Source: Penicillus capitatus
Taxonomy: Eukaryota > Plantae > Chlorophyta
DNA: 64,000 bases
Direction of reading: 5' to 3'
Assembly (NCBI GenBank): GCA_965649825.1
Contig: OZ287697.1
Coordinates: 310,001-374,000 of the forward strand
The translations under genes were made by a program, and so were the position numbers. This document shows positions 1 through 13,034 of this stretch, in pieces; position 1 is the stretch's first letter, and every line of letters starts with the position of its first letter. The notes beneath the pieces were generated by a model. It searched no databases. It saw only the letters and a list, made by a program, of their open reading frames with translations, and was not told the origin of the DNA.

Positions 1-937
1 GTTGGACGTCAAGATGAACCATCATCTAAAACTCAATCGCCGGAAGAAAGGCCGCTCCATCGCCGCAGGCGTACAATGGACGAAACCCGTTTCGCTGCAA
101 CCGGATCCTCGCTACGCAGATCTGAGAAATCTGAGAGAGTTTCAGGAACAGTCCGATCGGATAACGAAGCAGTTTTTGGGCAACACGACTGGCGAAACAC
201 ACCAAACCGCACTCATCTATACAGAAGAACGTGCATCTGCGACGCAGAACGTTTTGCAGGATGTCTACGAAGTCGCCGTTCATGTGGATAAAATGGCAGA
301 CTGCATTCAAGGACTGATCAATCTTTTACAAACAACGAAGCCTGACAACGGCCTCCGTTCCGCTCCGATGTTCCGATTCACTGGTAAAGAGGAAGGCTTG
401 CTTTCCGCCTCCAGCGAGAAACCTGTCCTCTGGATCGAACTGATCGACAAAGTCTATTACAATCAGGGGTACGGTTACAGTGGGGACGATGCCTTCTGAT
501 CTGCTCTGTCTGTTATGCAGGGTCAGGTCTGTCAATGTCCCGTTTAAGAAACTCATGGAGTATCTCGTGACGAGTCATCAGTGCACACCTGCCCGACTGC
601 ATTGGGGCAAGGCGGGATGGCCAGATCGCGGTTGTTGGAATGGAGCCGAGCGCTTCATCCATACATGGTGCGATTTCGGCTGCGCTGTCCGCGACCTGGA
701 CCCCGATGGTAAATTCGTTGGATCGGCCCCCGACAGGTAACGGAGTGCCTTCTTTTCGGTGCCCGATGTGAATGTCGTTCATCGTGTGGATCTAGGTGGA
801 ATTGGAAGGGCGCGAATTTCGATGAGTGTTGTAGCGATTTCGGCTACGATTACATCCGCCAAGGCTGCGGATGTAACGTCAATCTGATTCGTGTCCCATC
901 GGAGTGTCCAGAGGCTCCGTTTTACAGCAACCCCTAG
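1..937 (+). CDS. FAD-linked oxidase (GULO/ALO-like), copy F0, 3' part only (runs off the window start)
   Basis: ORFs 2..499 and 480..740 join through GT-AG introns 469-520 and 737-795. The spliced product has the HWGK motif and the WCDFGCAV..LDP..KF and CC..GC.C tail shared with F1-F3. TAG stop at 935-937. Confidence 0.85.
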
Positions 938-1603
938 ATGTCGTCAATTCATGACATGTTGTTTTTTTCTAGCTACCCTTTGGCATAACTTCTCGCTGCG
1001 TCTATGCATTGCCGAGGGGAAATGATCGCGCGAGCATAAAGCGATCTTACTGTTGCGATTTCTCATTCGCATTTTGTCTGCATAAACTGAGGGTGGGTGG
1101 GTCATTGTTGGAGGCATCAAGGGTCTATGTCTTCTGCCGTTGGTGCCCAATGAAATCAGCACTGTCCGAGGTCACTCACTCTATCAACTGGTTTTGCACA
1201 TATCGTATCATGTGAGCACATCTCGCATCGTTTTGACGTCCCGTCGCCTTTAACTCGCTGGTTGGAACATAACGACACGATCTCAAGTTGATCACTCCTT
1301 TGTTAAAGGGTCATCAAAACCTGGTTGCTCGAACTGTATGGACAATAAGTGCGTTGCTCTATGAAAGATGTCGATGAACATGCAAGCATTCCATGAGACG
1401 GTGATGTATAAGTCTCCTGGAAAGATACCGTGAATTCTGTTGTGATGTGACGTGTGACGATGAATATTTGTCACATCCGTTCGCTTCGGACGCCACGGCA
1501 GTCAAGGGACTGACTGTCCCGTTTGGCGCCTGGAGATGGTCTATCCCGTCCTCATCGATGCCGTGATGACGTCGCATCGTCATCTCATCCCCTGAACGAC
1601 GTC

Positions 1604-3145
1604 ATGGATGCGAAATCATCCCGACGCCTTCCGATCATCCACATCGATCGACGCCGTGCATCGCGACCCGAACATCGCGTCATTCGGATGCCGAACAGAG
1701 GTTGCCTATCGACGATACGTTTCGCGTCGTGACGCGTGTGACGTTTGCAGGTGAAGGACACACCGAGTCCGCTGAAGACCACCAATGTGTCCTCACTCAA
1801 GACACCGGCACGTGTGGCGTCTTCGAAGTGCCATTGCCTTTGATGTCCTCCCAACTCAGTCGATGCCAATACTATTAGGTCAAACTGAAGAACGTGCGAA
1901 CGGCAGCAAGGACCTCGTTCACTGTATTCGCCAAACCGCGTTTCTCTTGTGTTTATCGAGAATGGTCGACACCTAAACGCGCGATCACATCTGCAGGGAG
2001 GTTGCCGCATGTAGGATGCTGAAGATCAACGTCCGTAATACCTCTATGATGGAGAGTTTGGGACTGAGGAAGTGGCAGACATACCTCGAGCGTCGACTGA
2101 AGGCGATCTTCGAGCATTTCTTTGAGCCGTGTTTGCCGAATGCCGTTTGCAAATACCTGGAATGGCAAGCAAAGGAAGACAAAGAGATCACTCAATGGAT
2201 AAATGCATCGTTCTATTCCGCTGCGGCGTGGATCGAAGAACAGAGAGTGCGGTTTGAACAATGGGGTATGACTAAGAGCTGTGTGGACAAGGCATGCGAA
2301 TGGAAACCCTCTTTGTTAATTCTCTGCTGGCCATGTGTCATCTCGGTCATCTTTCTGCTGCAGTGCTTTGCCTATTCATTCTTCGCCGTCATTCATGCAC
2401 TTCTCTTTGTGTTCTATGCCGTCCTTGTCGTGATGTTGCGTGGGCTTATTGGACTTTCTTTATTGTTTTTGCTTCCCTATGTCTTTTGGATGTATGTATT
2501 GCTGATCGTCTTTGGGGTGTCCGTTTTTGTCATTATTCTACTCTGCTGTATAAATCCTGTTGTATGGTGGCTTGAGCAAGAATACAGTGCGCTGACAGCA
2601 AAGGTCAAGATGCTCAGTCAAGAACACCAAAAGATCCGTTGCACGGCAACCCTCGTGCACAATGACTATACCTTTCTTAACAAGTCCCGAAGTGTGACCT
2701 GGTATGGTGGTCACACATCTGTCTCAGACATATGTGACCTCTTAGGCGCAGAGAAGAAACTGAAACGCTGTGAAGAGCTGAGAGTCGAAGGCTTTGCTGA
2801 TTTGCAATCCTTGGTGAAAAAGAACAGTGGCTACGTGAAAGACGACTGGATAACGCTGCGAATTGAGATCGAAGTCGTTAAAGAGAGAAGGTCAAGAAGA
2901 AAGGTGTCGCAAGAACGACCGATGTGTATTCTGTGTCTTAGTGAGGCACAGACGATGGGATTCGCACATGGATCGACGTAAGACCATTGTGTTGCCCAGG
3001 TTGCGTCCTGATCTGGGTGTTCTTTGTTTACAGGGTGCACGTTTGTATGTGCGAGCCGTGTGCTCAGCGTTATCGTCGAGATCGTCCGGAAGCGAACTGC
3101 CCGATATGCAACGAGAAAATCGAACGTGTTTACAGAGTATACTGA
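1604..3145 (+). CDS. Membrane protein with an interrupted MATH/TRAF-like domain and a C-terminal MDM2-type RING (M1)
   Basis: Spliced model. N-half GVFEVKLKN..KPRFSCVYREWMLKI; then a long hydrophobic block; then C-half RCTATLVHN..GFADLQSL..SGYVKDDWITLRIEIEV. After intron 2978-3033: CILCLSEAQTMGFAHGSTVHVCMCEPC..CPIC..IERVYRVY*. Start codon uncertain. Confidence 0.7.
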
Positions 3146-3718
3146 TCGATCTGAACATGAAGAAATTAATGACGAAACGACGAAGTCCGCGATTAGAATG
3201 CTGTGCAGTATGCAGACTCCGTTCTTTACACTCGGTGATTATCATTCTGTTGTATGCGTCGCGGCCGCGGTTCGGGAAAGGACTTCATCGGCAGCCGACA
3301 AAAAATGTTGGCAGTAGATTTGTACGGCAGTTGAAACCGTAGGCGGCGGCTCCGGTTTCTTGGTAGGTAAGAGATCAGGTTAGACAGCAATTCACGATAG
3401 GGTTTCCGAGTCAGTGCGTTTTCCGTAAAAGGCACTCGAATCTGTGCGCATTGCCTGTCGGCTGTCGACGGCAGTTGTCTGCAAGACGTCCAAATCGACA
3501 TTTGAAGGTACTGCCTCGTCAGTACGTTGTAGAATTCTGAAATGACTTGTTCTCTGTATATATTTGGCAGTGAGTCCATCGTCCGTCATTTTGCCGCTGC
3601 TAGGTTTTTCGGTCGCCGCGATTCGAATCAAAAATAATCGGGTACTTCGAAAACCTCAGAGAAGACAGCTTTCGACGCGAACCAGTTCTCTCGCCAACCT
3701 CGGATTTCTCCAGGCGAC

Positions 3719-5763
3719 ATGACCGCGGCCTGCCGGGCAATTGCAGTTTGGCTCACGCTTCTTCACGTCTTCCACTCTGCGAAATGCAGCTTGCCGGAAG
3801 ACCTGAGCAATTATTTAAACGAATACGTATGTGACACCAGAGTCCGCCTCGTTAGGTAAGTAGTCTTCGAGTGAACATCTTTCTTCAGAACACTGACGTT
3901 GCCAATGATGCAGGCCAAAGAAAGTCGGCGACGTGCGAAGAGCGGTGAAACGCCACGACCGCATCTCTCCAGTCGGCGTTGGTCACTCTTACAACAGGGT
4001 GACGCAACTATAACCTGCTATTAACTCCTCTTTCTGACGCGTGTGTGTTTGCACCAGGGTTTCTTTTGCGCCAATGCTGCGTTTGACAAGGGTGAAACGG
4101 CAGCCAACATCGTCATGACCACCATCCGCCGTCCGAAGATCAGAGTCGACGAAGAGGAAATGTCTGTCTGGGTTTCGGCGGGAGTGACCATCTGGGATCT
4201 GATGACCTTTCTCGGAGACTACGTCACAGATGCCGCGCCTAGAGGTGGTTGCACGCCACTCGTCTTTCTCAGAGAACGAGACAGATGCTTTTAGGTTACG
4301 CTCTGGGCAAGGTCCCAATCTATGTCAATCAGACGATCGGAGGGGCCATTGCAACCAATACGCACGGAAGCAGTTTTACATACAGCTCGCTCTCCAACGA
4401 GGTTGTCGGCTTCAGAGTGGTGCTGGCCAACGGAACGCTGACGGAGATCTACCCAGATAGACATCCACTGTACTTCAGGGCCTTCCAGGTCAGCGTCGGA
4501 CGCCGCGGCGTCGTGACCGACGTGAAAATGCGGATCATTCGCGAGACACTCGTCAGAAGGACGATTAAGCAGTCGACTGACCGCGAGGACTTCTTCTCGG
4601 AAATCAAAGAGATTCAGGTAGCTTACGCTTCGGGTGAGCCGATCCCTGAGTGGATCGAAGGAGTCACGTACTTCATCTCGTTCACCACAAACATCACGGT
4701 AAAAAACCCCGGAGTTTGGACAGCGCTAAAGGTCGATCTGCAGTTCTCGCGTTGGACGTTCGAGAATCTGGAAGCTGAAGAACGCGGTGGAGAGATTACA
4801 GGCGATTCTCACAGCGGGGCAAACTTTCAAGCTACTCCTCCACGCGCATACCAAATAATCAGCAGTCCTGCCAATGCCTGCTTCTACAAGTCTCGCTCTG
4901 ACATTGCTGATGGCGTCGACTGGACTGTTCCGGATCCGCGTCCTCCAAATCTGAATCTGAGCAATCCGGATTTGATAGCATCGTTTGTCGAATCTTCTCC
5001 GGCTTTGTTATTGACTCTGTTTGGAAACGTCACCGGAGACACACACGAAGTGGAGTTACTAACTCCTGCAACGGGTGCGAATGAACCGGGAACAACTGAC
5101 GATTACGAGGTGGGTGTACCGTTGGAGAAACTAGCAGAGTGCATGGACGGTTTTCTAAATCTCGCTGAGGAGGTGTCAGCTGAGACATTTTTCCGGCAGT
5201 CTCTGTTTGTCAGATTTGCCGGAAGGGAGAGCGGATTGCTGTCAGCTTCACACGACCGAGCCTACGTCTGGTTTCAATTTGAGGACAACGTTTTCTACAA
5301 CACAGAGTGCGTAATCAGATCGGGTACCGACTCTGACGCTGCTCTGCTCTCTAGACCGAGATCCAGCAATTTGCCATTGAAGCAGCTGATTGCTCACCTC
5401 GTGGCTAACGAATCCTGTTCGCCTAGTCGTCTACACTGGGGCAAGGCAGGATGGCCGGATTTCGGCTGCTGGAACGGCGCCGAACACTACAAGGATACCT
5501 GGTGCGATTTCGGATGCGCCGTGAGAGCGCTCGATCCCACAGACAAGTTCATTGGTTCCGCCCCAGACAGGTACAGCCTTGAAAAAATCTCTCTCAAGCT
5601 GAATGATTGCCTTCTTTGCAGATGGAATTGGAATGGGGCCAATCTGGAGAGGTGCTGCACCGACGAAGGGTATGATACCTCTTTGGATGGTTGTGGCTGC
5701 AATGTCATTCCCATTCGCACCCGCGAGGAATGTCCAGAGGCCCCATTCTACACGAACAGATGA
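3719..5763 (+). CDS. Secreted FAD-linked oxidase (GULO/ALO-like), copy F1
   Basis: Signal-like MTAACRAIAVWLTLLHVFHSAKC, VGVGHSYN (covalent-FAD His motif), TIGGAIATNTHG and HWGK. Six introns: 3856-3913, 3999-4057, 4245-4294, 4699-4743, 5307-5354, 5571-5621. Confidence 0.88.
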
Positions 5764-7055
5764 ACATGTTTGATATGTTCTATTGTTTTTGTGGACGCGT
5801 AAGTTTGTCTTTTGCAGTCAGGCAGTTTGCCTCGGTGTGTAGAAGTGGATTTGATTGATGGGTCAAAAAAGCCTGTTTGCTATGTGCGTTGCTGACTCAA
5901 AAGAGATGTCTACTCAGCGTTCTTGCCGATGTTATTCGGTATTAGCGGTGAAACAGACAATCGGAGTGTTTAGCAAACGATTAATAAATCTGTCTGCATT
6001 GCCTCCATAAACCGGGATAGATATCCTAAACATTCTAGCGGAACATGGTGCTTGTCACACTTCCGGATATTACATAGCAAGCATCACACAATTCCATTCT
6101 CTCTCATTGATGTATTTTTGTAGATCAACGACTCCATTCCAAACACAAGGTATGTCACATTTCCATCCACCATCCACTGCTATACGATCGTTTTCCGCAA
6201 AAACAGACAAATACAAAAACAACATTGGAACACGGTATTGCTCAGTAACAACCTTAATTCCTGTTTCGTATACTAGTAAAATACAGACTACCTAAAGTCT
6301 TGTTCAAGCTTCCATTTTAGAGCAGGTATACAAGAAAGGGTACTAAATCTCCACATCTCGGTCTTTAAAAACACGACTCTGCGTGCAGGCGCTTCTTTCT
6401 AAAACGTACTTGGAGTATGATCGGGAATTTTTCTCTTAACGCAAGTCAGAGTCAAGATGGCATGGGCGAGAAAAAAGGTAACATTACAACAACAAGACAA
6501 AAATCAAACCTCAGTCAAGGTGTTCCTATTTGCATCATTCGGTCCCATCAGACATAACACAATACAACCATTCTCTGCAATTCTTCTCGATTACACTTGA
6601 TGAAAAGATCACACAGGCTTCGAAGACCTTACGCCGGCAGTGGATACGAACGCAGCTGAAAACGTTATCTGCATTCGCGATCCTCGGAACGTTGAGACCA
6701 GAGTCGGCAGCAATACAAGTTAAGGTTCCGCGCAGAGCTCACAAATAGACGGACGGAACTGGAGGCCATATGCGAACCCATCATCAGCTGTCGACGGCAG
6801 CTCTCCACGTGAGGTCCAGATCGACGCTTGAAGGTACTGCAAGTACGTTGTACAATGAACAACTGGTCTGAAATGCCGAGCTGTCTATATGAATTCGTCA
6901 GCGAATTCATCCCCGTCACTTTGTCTCTGAAACGTTCTCCCTTCTTTGCGTTATTCGTTTGCAGCCGACTCCAAGCTCTCAAAAATCCCGAAGACGACCG
7001 ACTTCGACGCGGACCAGTTTGCTCGCCAAACAACGGACGGATTTCTCCAGGCGAG

Positions 7056-9104
7056 ATGGCCGCTGCCTACCGGGCAATTGCAATTTGGCTCACGCTTCTT
7101 CACGTTCTCCACTCGGCGAAATGCAGCGTTCCGGACGACCTGAGCAATTGTTTTAACGAATACGTTTGCGACACCAGAGTCCGCCTCGTCAGGTAAGTCG
7201 TCTACGAGTGAACATGATCCACAGCCAGACTTTGCTACTGACGTAGACCGAAGACAGTCGCCGACGTGAGAAGAGCAGTGAAACGTCACGATCGCGTCGC
7301 TCCAGTCGCCACGGGCTTTTCGTACAACAAGGTGACGCGCCGCCATCCATCACAAGCACGGCCGTATGACATGCGTGTGTTTGCATCAGGGGTTCTTCTG
7401 CGCCGACGCTAAGTTTGACAAGGGTGAAACGGCAGCCAACATCGTCATGACTAGCATCCGCCGTCCGAAGATCAGAGTCGACGAAGAGGAAATGTCAGTC
7501 TGGGTTTCTGCAGGAGTGGTTGTTTGGGATCTGATGACCTTTCTCGGAGACTACGTCACAGATGCTGCGCCTAGAGGTGATTTCCGTCTACACATCTTTT
7601 CTAAAAGGCGACAAAGATACTTCTAGGTTACGCTTTAGGAAGAGCCCCATTCTGGGTCAATCAGACGATCGGAGGGGCCATTGCAACCAATACGCATGGA
7701 ACCAGTTTCGCATACGGCTCGCTTTCCAACCAGGTTATCGGTTTCAGAGTGGTGCTGGCTAACGGAACGCTGACGGAGATCTATCCAGATCGACACCCAC
7801 TGTACTTCAGGGCCTTCCAGGTCAGCGTCGGACGCCTCGGCGTCGTGACCGACGTGAAAATGCGGATCATTCGGGAGACGCTCGTAGAAAGGACCCTCCG
7901 ACAATCGACTGACCGCGAGGACATCCTTTCCGAAATCAGAGAGATTCAAGCAGCTTACTTTTCGGGTGACGAGATCCCTGAGTGGATCGAAGGTGTCACG
8001 TACTTTATCACGTTGTATGAAAATGCGACGGTAAGAAACCCTGTTGTCTGAACACCGCTGAACACGGTTTTGTAGTTTTCGCGTTGGACATTCGAAAACC
8101 TAGGAACTGAAGTGCGTGATGAGGTGAAACTGCACAATTCTCGCAGCTTAGAGAGTTTTCGATCGGCTCCTCAGGGAGCACACCCAGAGCTCCGCAATTC
8201 AACCAATTTCAATTTCTGGAGATTTGGATCCGATGTAGCTGCCGGTGTGGAATGGACTGTTCCAGATCCTCTACCTCCGAATCGTAATCTTAGCGATCCG
8301 GATGTGACAGCATCGTATGTTGTGTCTTACTCTACGGCTGCGATATCGTTTTACTTTGGAAGTATTACTGGAGACGCACATGATGTGGAGTTGATGAATA
8401 TTGAAGATGCTCGGACTGAGCCAGGAACAAACGATGATTACGAAGTGGCCGTGTCATTAGACAAAGCAGTAGGTTGTTTGGACAGCTTACTAGATCTCGC
8501 CGCTGATCTCTCAGCCGAAAGATTTCTGCGAAACCCTATCGTTGTGAGGTTTGGGCCAAACGAGAGCGGACTATTGTCAGGATCGGACGACAAAGGAGTT
8601 ATTTGGTTTCAGTTCGCAGACTACGTATACTACAACAGAGAGTGCGTGAGTTGATCGGGTACAGACTATCTGTGACGCTGCTCTGCTCTCTAGACCGAGA
8701 TCCAGCAATTTGCCTTTCAAGCAGCTGATTGCTCACCTCGTGGCCAACGAATCCTGTTCGCCTAGTCGCCTGCACTGGGGCAAGGCTGGATGGCCGGATT
8801 TCGGCTGCTGGAACGGCGCCGAACACTACAAGGATACCTGGTGCGATTTCGGATGCGCTGTGAGAGCACTCGATCCCACAGACAAGTTCATCGGTTCCGC
8901 CCCAGACAGGTGCACCGTTGATAAAGAACTCTCTTAAGCTGAATGATTGCCTTCTTTGACAGATGGAATTGGAATGGTGCCAATCTGGAGAGGTGCTGTA
9001 CCGACGAAGGGTACGATACCTCTTTGGATGGTTGTGGCTGCAATGTCATTCCCATTCGCACCCGCGAGGAATGTCCAGAGGCCCCATTCTACACGAACAG
9101 ATGA
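7056..9104 (+). CDS. Secreted FAD-linked oxidase, copy F2
   Basis: Same six intron positions as F1; TIGGAIATNTHG, GRLGVV and HWGK motifs; TGA at 9102-9104. Confidence 0.88.
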
Positions 9105-9760
9105 ACCTGTTCGATCTTTTCTTCTTTCTATCGATGATGGCATTCATTTCTGCCTGATTTTTTCTTTGTCATGTGGCTGTCCGGCAGGTGGTCTATTGTT
9201 CTATCTTTCTAATGAGACCTTGTCTGTGCTCTGATGAAGTGATGAGCACTTCTTAAATGGCACTGACTGTCAGAGTCATTTGCCGGTTTTAGACTTAGAA
9301 AGTCCTGTTCTGTCGCGTCTTATTTTTTCACACTTTGATTTATTTGTCCTTCTGCGTTTCAGATTTCCCTTCTGTAGGGAATACAAGGAACCTGTTAAAG
9401 ACAAACACCGAGAAAAAACGGTGGAAGTAGGCCGCAATGGTCTAATCATGTAACGACGAATGTCGTTTTATTAGAAAGACGCATCGAATAGATGCTATCA
9501 CGCATACGTGTCGAGTTCGGAACAAAGCGATACTTCACACGCTTCTAAGGGTAGTCAGGAAAGGTCGTCTTCATAGGCAGCAAGGTGACAAGGATTGAAG
9601 CTTTTTGATTAGATCGCAGCCTGCATAAGTATAGAGTTGTATTCGTTCATCGAACGAGTCTTTACCACTCACGATATCATTGTTTGGTCGTCGGAGTAAG
9701 TGTTGAGACCTTGCGAAAAAGAAATTACAGAAACTGTTTATAAGATTGCGAAAACTCCCT
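8630..9760 (+). repeat. Segmental duplication (3' end of F2 plus downstream DNA), second copy at about 14620-15660
   Basis: Near-identical last two introns, last exons and 3' flank, compared by eye. Confidence 0.8.
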
Positions 9761-11629
9761 TCGGCAGCCTGACCCTACACCTCCCTTACAATGTCCTCGG
9801 CATGGACACGTATTTCTCCCTGGCCTCCCCGGCCAGGGAGACCCGGAGGAAGAGCGTTGGCGCCGGAATCGTCTCCGTGTTGGCTCACATCACAAGCACG
9901 GTGGATGTCTTGAAGCAACATGAGGATGGGCAAGGACACAGGAAGCCAAGCCAAAGTTTCGGTCAGGAGACAGCTTGTTACAGCGACGAAGGACATCAGA
10001 TGTTTTGACAAATAGATTGTATGTGGTTCACAGACACACGTGTATACTCGGACGTCGAGCGATAGATGTTTTATGTGCCCGAACCCTCGCTTGAATACTC
10101 AGTCCGCGATGTGACGACAGGAAAAACCCGTAAACTTCAAGAACGAGTTCCCGATGAGGTTCTAGAAGTTTCTACAGAAAAGAGCGAACTTCATAGGAAC
10201 TCACTCCTGGCCACCAAGACTCACGCCTTTACTCGGCGAAGACGGTTGCCTCCACTGCCAAATGCGCGGGAAAGGCTGAGTGACACAAATGCCACCAATG
10301 TCACGCGGGAGCGCCCGCTTAACGAACAAACGCAGCGGAAGGCTTGTACAGTTCACGGAGCAAGGTTGTCTGTTATTATGTGTCGCTCAGTCGGCGAACG
10401 ATGCGATTACGACGAAGGCTTGTCGGTTACAAAGACTGTCTTAACGATCATTAGTTCGGATCACATACGCGTCAGACGCACACGAACGTCATATCAACGC
10501 GTCTCCGTGGCAGCCGCACGAAGGTGGACGGCTGTTCACTGACATTATGATACGCCTATTTATACACGAAATGTGACAAGACTTCACAGATCAGGTGAGT
10601 CATCCGGCGCTCAGAGCCACAAGAAAGTGCCACGAAAAGGACAGTTACCTTGTACGAGCGCCACTTGGAATTACTAACCCCTCGGAAACGAGGCAGACGA
10701 TGTGACACTCACGCGGGAGCGTGACAGCCAATTACATCGCCGTCTCATCAGAGTGGCGCCATATTTTCACAAAGACGTCGTTTTGTTCACATATGGTCGG
10801 TGCATGGCATTTGTTTCCGGTCTTCAAGTTTCGTACACTTTTTGGATAGTTCGTCTGTGCAACCAAGAAACCAAACTCGCGAAGCTATTGTCCCGTCCAC
10901 CAGGAGCAATTCTCTCGGCAACGCTAGAATAACCGGAAGGACAAGAGGGACTGTTCTCGTCCACGTGCATCCGTGGCCTCCATGTTTCTGTAGTCGGCTT
11001 CTGACTTAAGCGTGTAAGCCGACCGGAAACCGCTCGTCTAGTCGCCTTCCAACAGTGAATTGCCAATCCATGTCGACATGGTTCGCACAGGAAAATTCAG
11101 CGGTCCAATGTCAAGGAGGGAAAAGAATCACATCAATCAACTGCAGGCAAGATAGACCGACGTCTGCGGTTGTGACCATTGGGTGTTATGGCAGGGCAGG
11201 ACGTTGCTGGCGAGGAAGCATTTCACAACGGCAACGCTCTGTCGTCTAATGCGCCTCACAGATTCCTCGCAAGAAATGCATCGGCAGGGCACAACATAAC
11301 ATGGACCGTCGCCGTCGGCTTGGAATCGAACGGCGGACCCTCCAGGGTATCATACAGCGAGGGTGGAGGGCGTGCCACGTTTACGGGGCATCATCGATAG
11401 GGATTGTGGCTACAATAAGGATGAACGTTAACGACAGTTTAGTCCAGGACTCAGATCCGCACGTCTGTCTCGAAAACAATCTACCATCGCTTTCGGGTTT
11501 GGTAGACAACGACGGCAAAACAGAGGGAGGGACACGGGCCCTTCTCGGCGATGTGCCCTTTGGAAACTCCTGCACCCCGGTTCTTTTGGTTCTGCCATGC
11601 AACCCTTTTTTGCGCACCAACTGGGTTTC

Positions 11630-12170
11630 CTAGCATTGGGTGAAACAGTTTACAGTATACTTGCGAAAGGCCTGATCTCGATTTTCTGGTAGCGGCCGTG
11701 CACCGGTGTTTCTCCTGTCGCATGTGTGGGATACATCACGTTGGCTTCCGTGGACCGTTTCCTCTTCAGTGATCGGATTCTCCACGCACTTGACGGTAAC
11801 AAAACGGCCATTGGGACGCGTGCCTTGTACGTCTTGCTTCACCTTAAAGATGCGAACAGCCGTTGCGTCCGTGGCGAGAACCACCGACTGACCAGACGTG
11901 TCAGAAACCTTCAATTCGATGCACCCATCGGTTGTTACAGCGACCTCCGTCGCGCCGTCCTTCGCGTTAGGGGCTACACAAAGTGCAGATGCGCCTGACA
12001 CTGACTCGGTCTCTAATTTCCACAGCAAGACAGATTTCTGGCATTCCTCGCCGTCACGAGTACTTCCTCGAACAGGGAAATCTGGACATTTGTTCTTCTC
12101 AGGAAGGAGGCCCCTCGCGTTCTCTGCTTCGGTTGCCGACGGCGAGCGACCGTCATGTCTTCTGCGCTCT
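11630..12170 (-). CDS. Possible exon of an uncharacterised gene
   Basis: About 180-codon stop-free frame (..GEECQKSVLLWKLETESVSGASALCVAPNAKDG..) with beta-rich, protein-like composition. I could not build a full model or recognise a family. Confidence 0.25.
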
Positions 12171-13034
12171 TATCACACAGATTCGCATCTTCATAGGCTG
12201 CTCCGTGAGCTTCGGAAGGAGCGTGTTTTTGTATTTCATGTGCGAATCCCTGTTCACAGTACCTCCATTCATAATGCTTTGGTCCTTCGCAATCCACGCA
12301 GTATCAGAAAGACTCGCAAGATAGGGATTCCGAGGACCGGCAGACGATCTCCCCAAAACAGGTAGAACACGGTTTAAGTCCTCTTTCGTCATACTGCGTG
12401 GCTTGTTCAAGGGATCTCCTCTGAGTGTCAGCTTCCCGACGAACCCGATTATCGAAGTCCAGATCGAGGTATCAGACAGGCGCGGCAGTTCTCCTCGCTT
12501 GCGGATGAGAGACACTGGCTCTGTGCAGATTTCGTCGTTTTTGTTCAGTGACTGTCATTCTGCTGTCTTCCCTCCGGTCTCATTTCATTGAGAGATTTAA
12601 CAGGCGTCGACAGCCTAGTGTCGACAGTAGCTTAACACGGCAGCTTAAATCATTATGTGGATTCGTGTGCCTCGACACGAAGAAGATACACCTAGACAGC
12701 TACAAACAGCTTTCCGAGTCGAGAAGTATCCCACAGACTGAATTAGAACCTGTGCGCATTGCCCGTCGGCTGTCGACGGACAGTTCTCTGGATGACGTCC
12801 AGGTCGACATTTGAAGGTACTGACCGCATTGACAGTACGTTGTAGAGTTCTGAAGTGACTTGCTGTTTACATATATCGCCTGTCAGTTTAACACCGTCAT
12901 TTTGCCTTTGCAAGGTATTTCCGTCGCTGCGATTCAGATTCAAAAAAATCGGGCACATCGAAAACCACAGAGGCGACAGCTTTCGACACGGCTCAGTTCT
13001 CTTGCATCCCAACGAACGGATTACTCCAGGGGAG

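Noticed and set aside
9700-11600. Several 70-160-aa ORFs between F2 and F3
   Set aside because: No recognisable motifs or coherent splice model; left unannotated.
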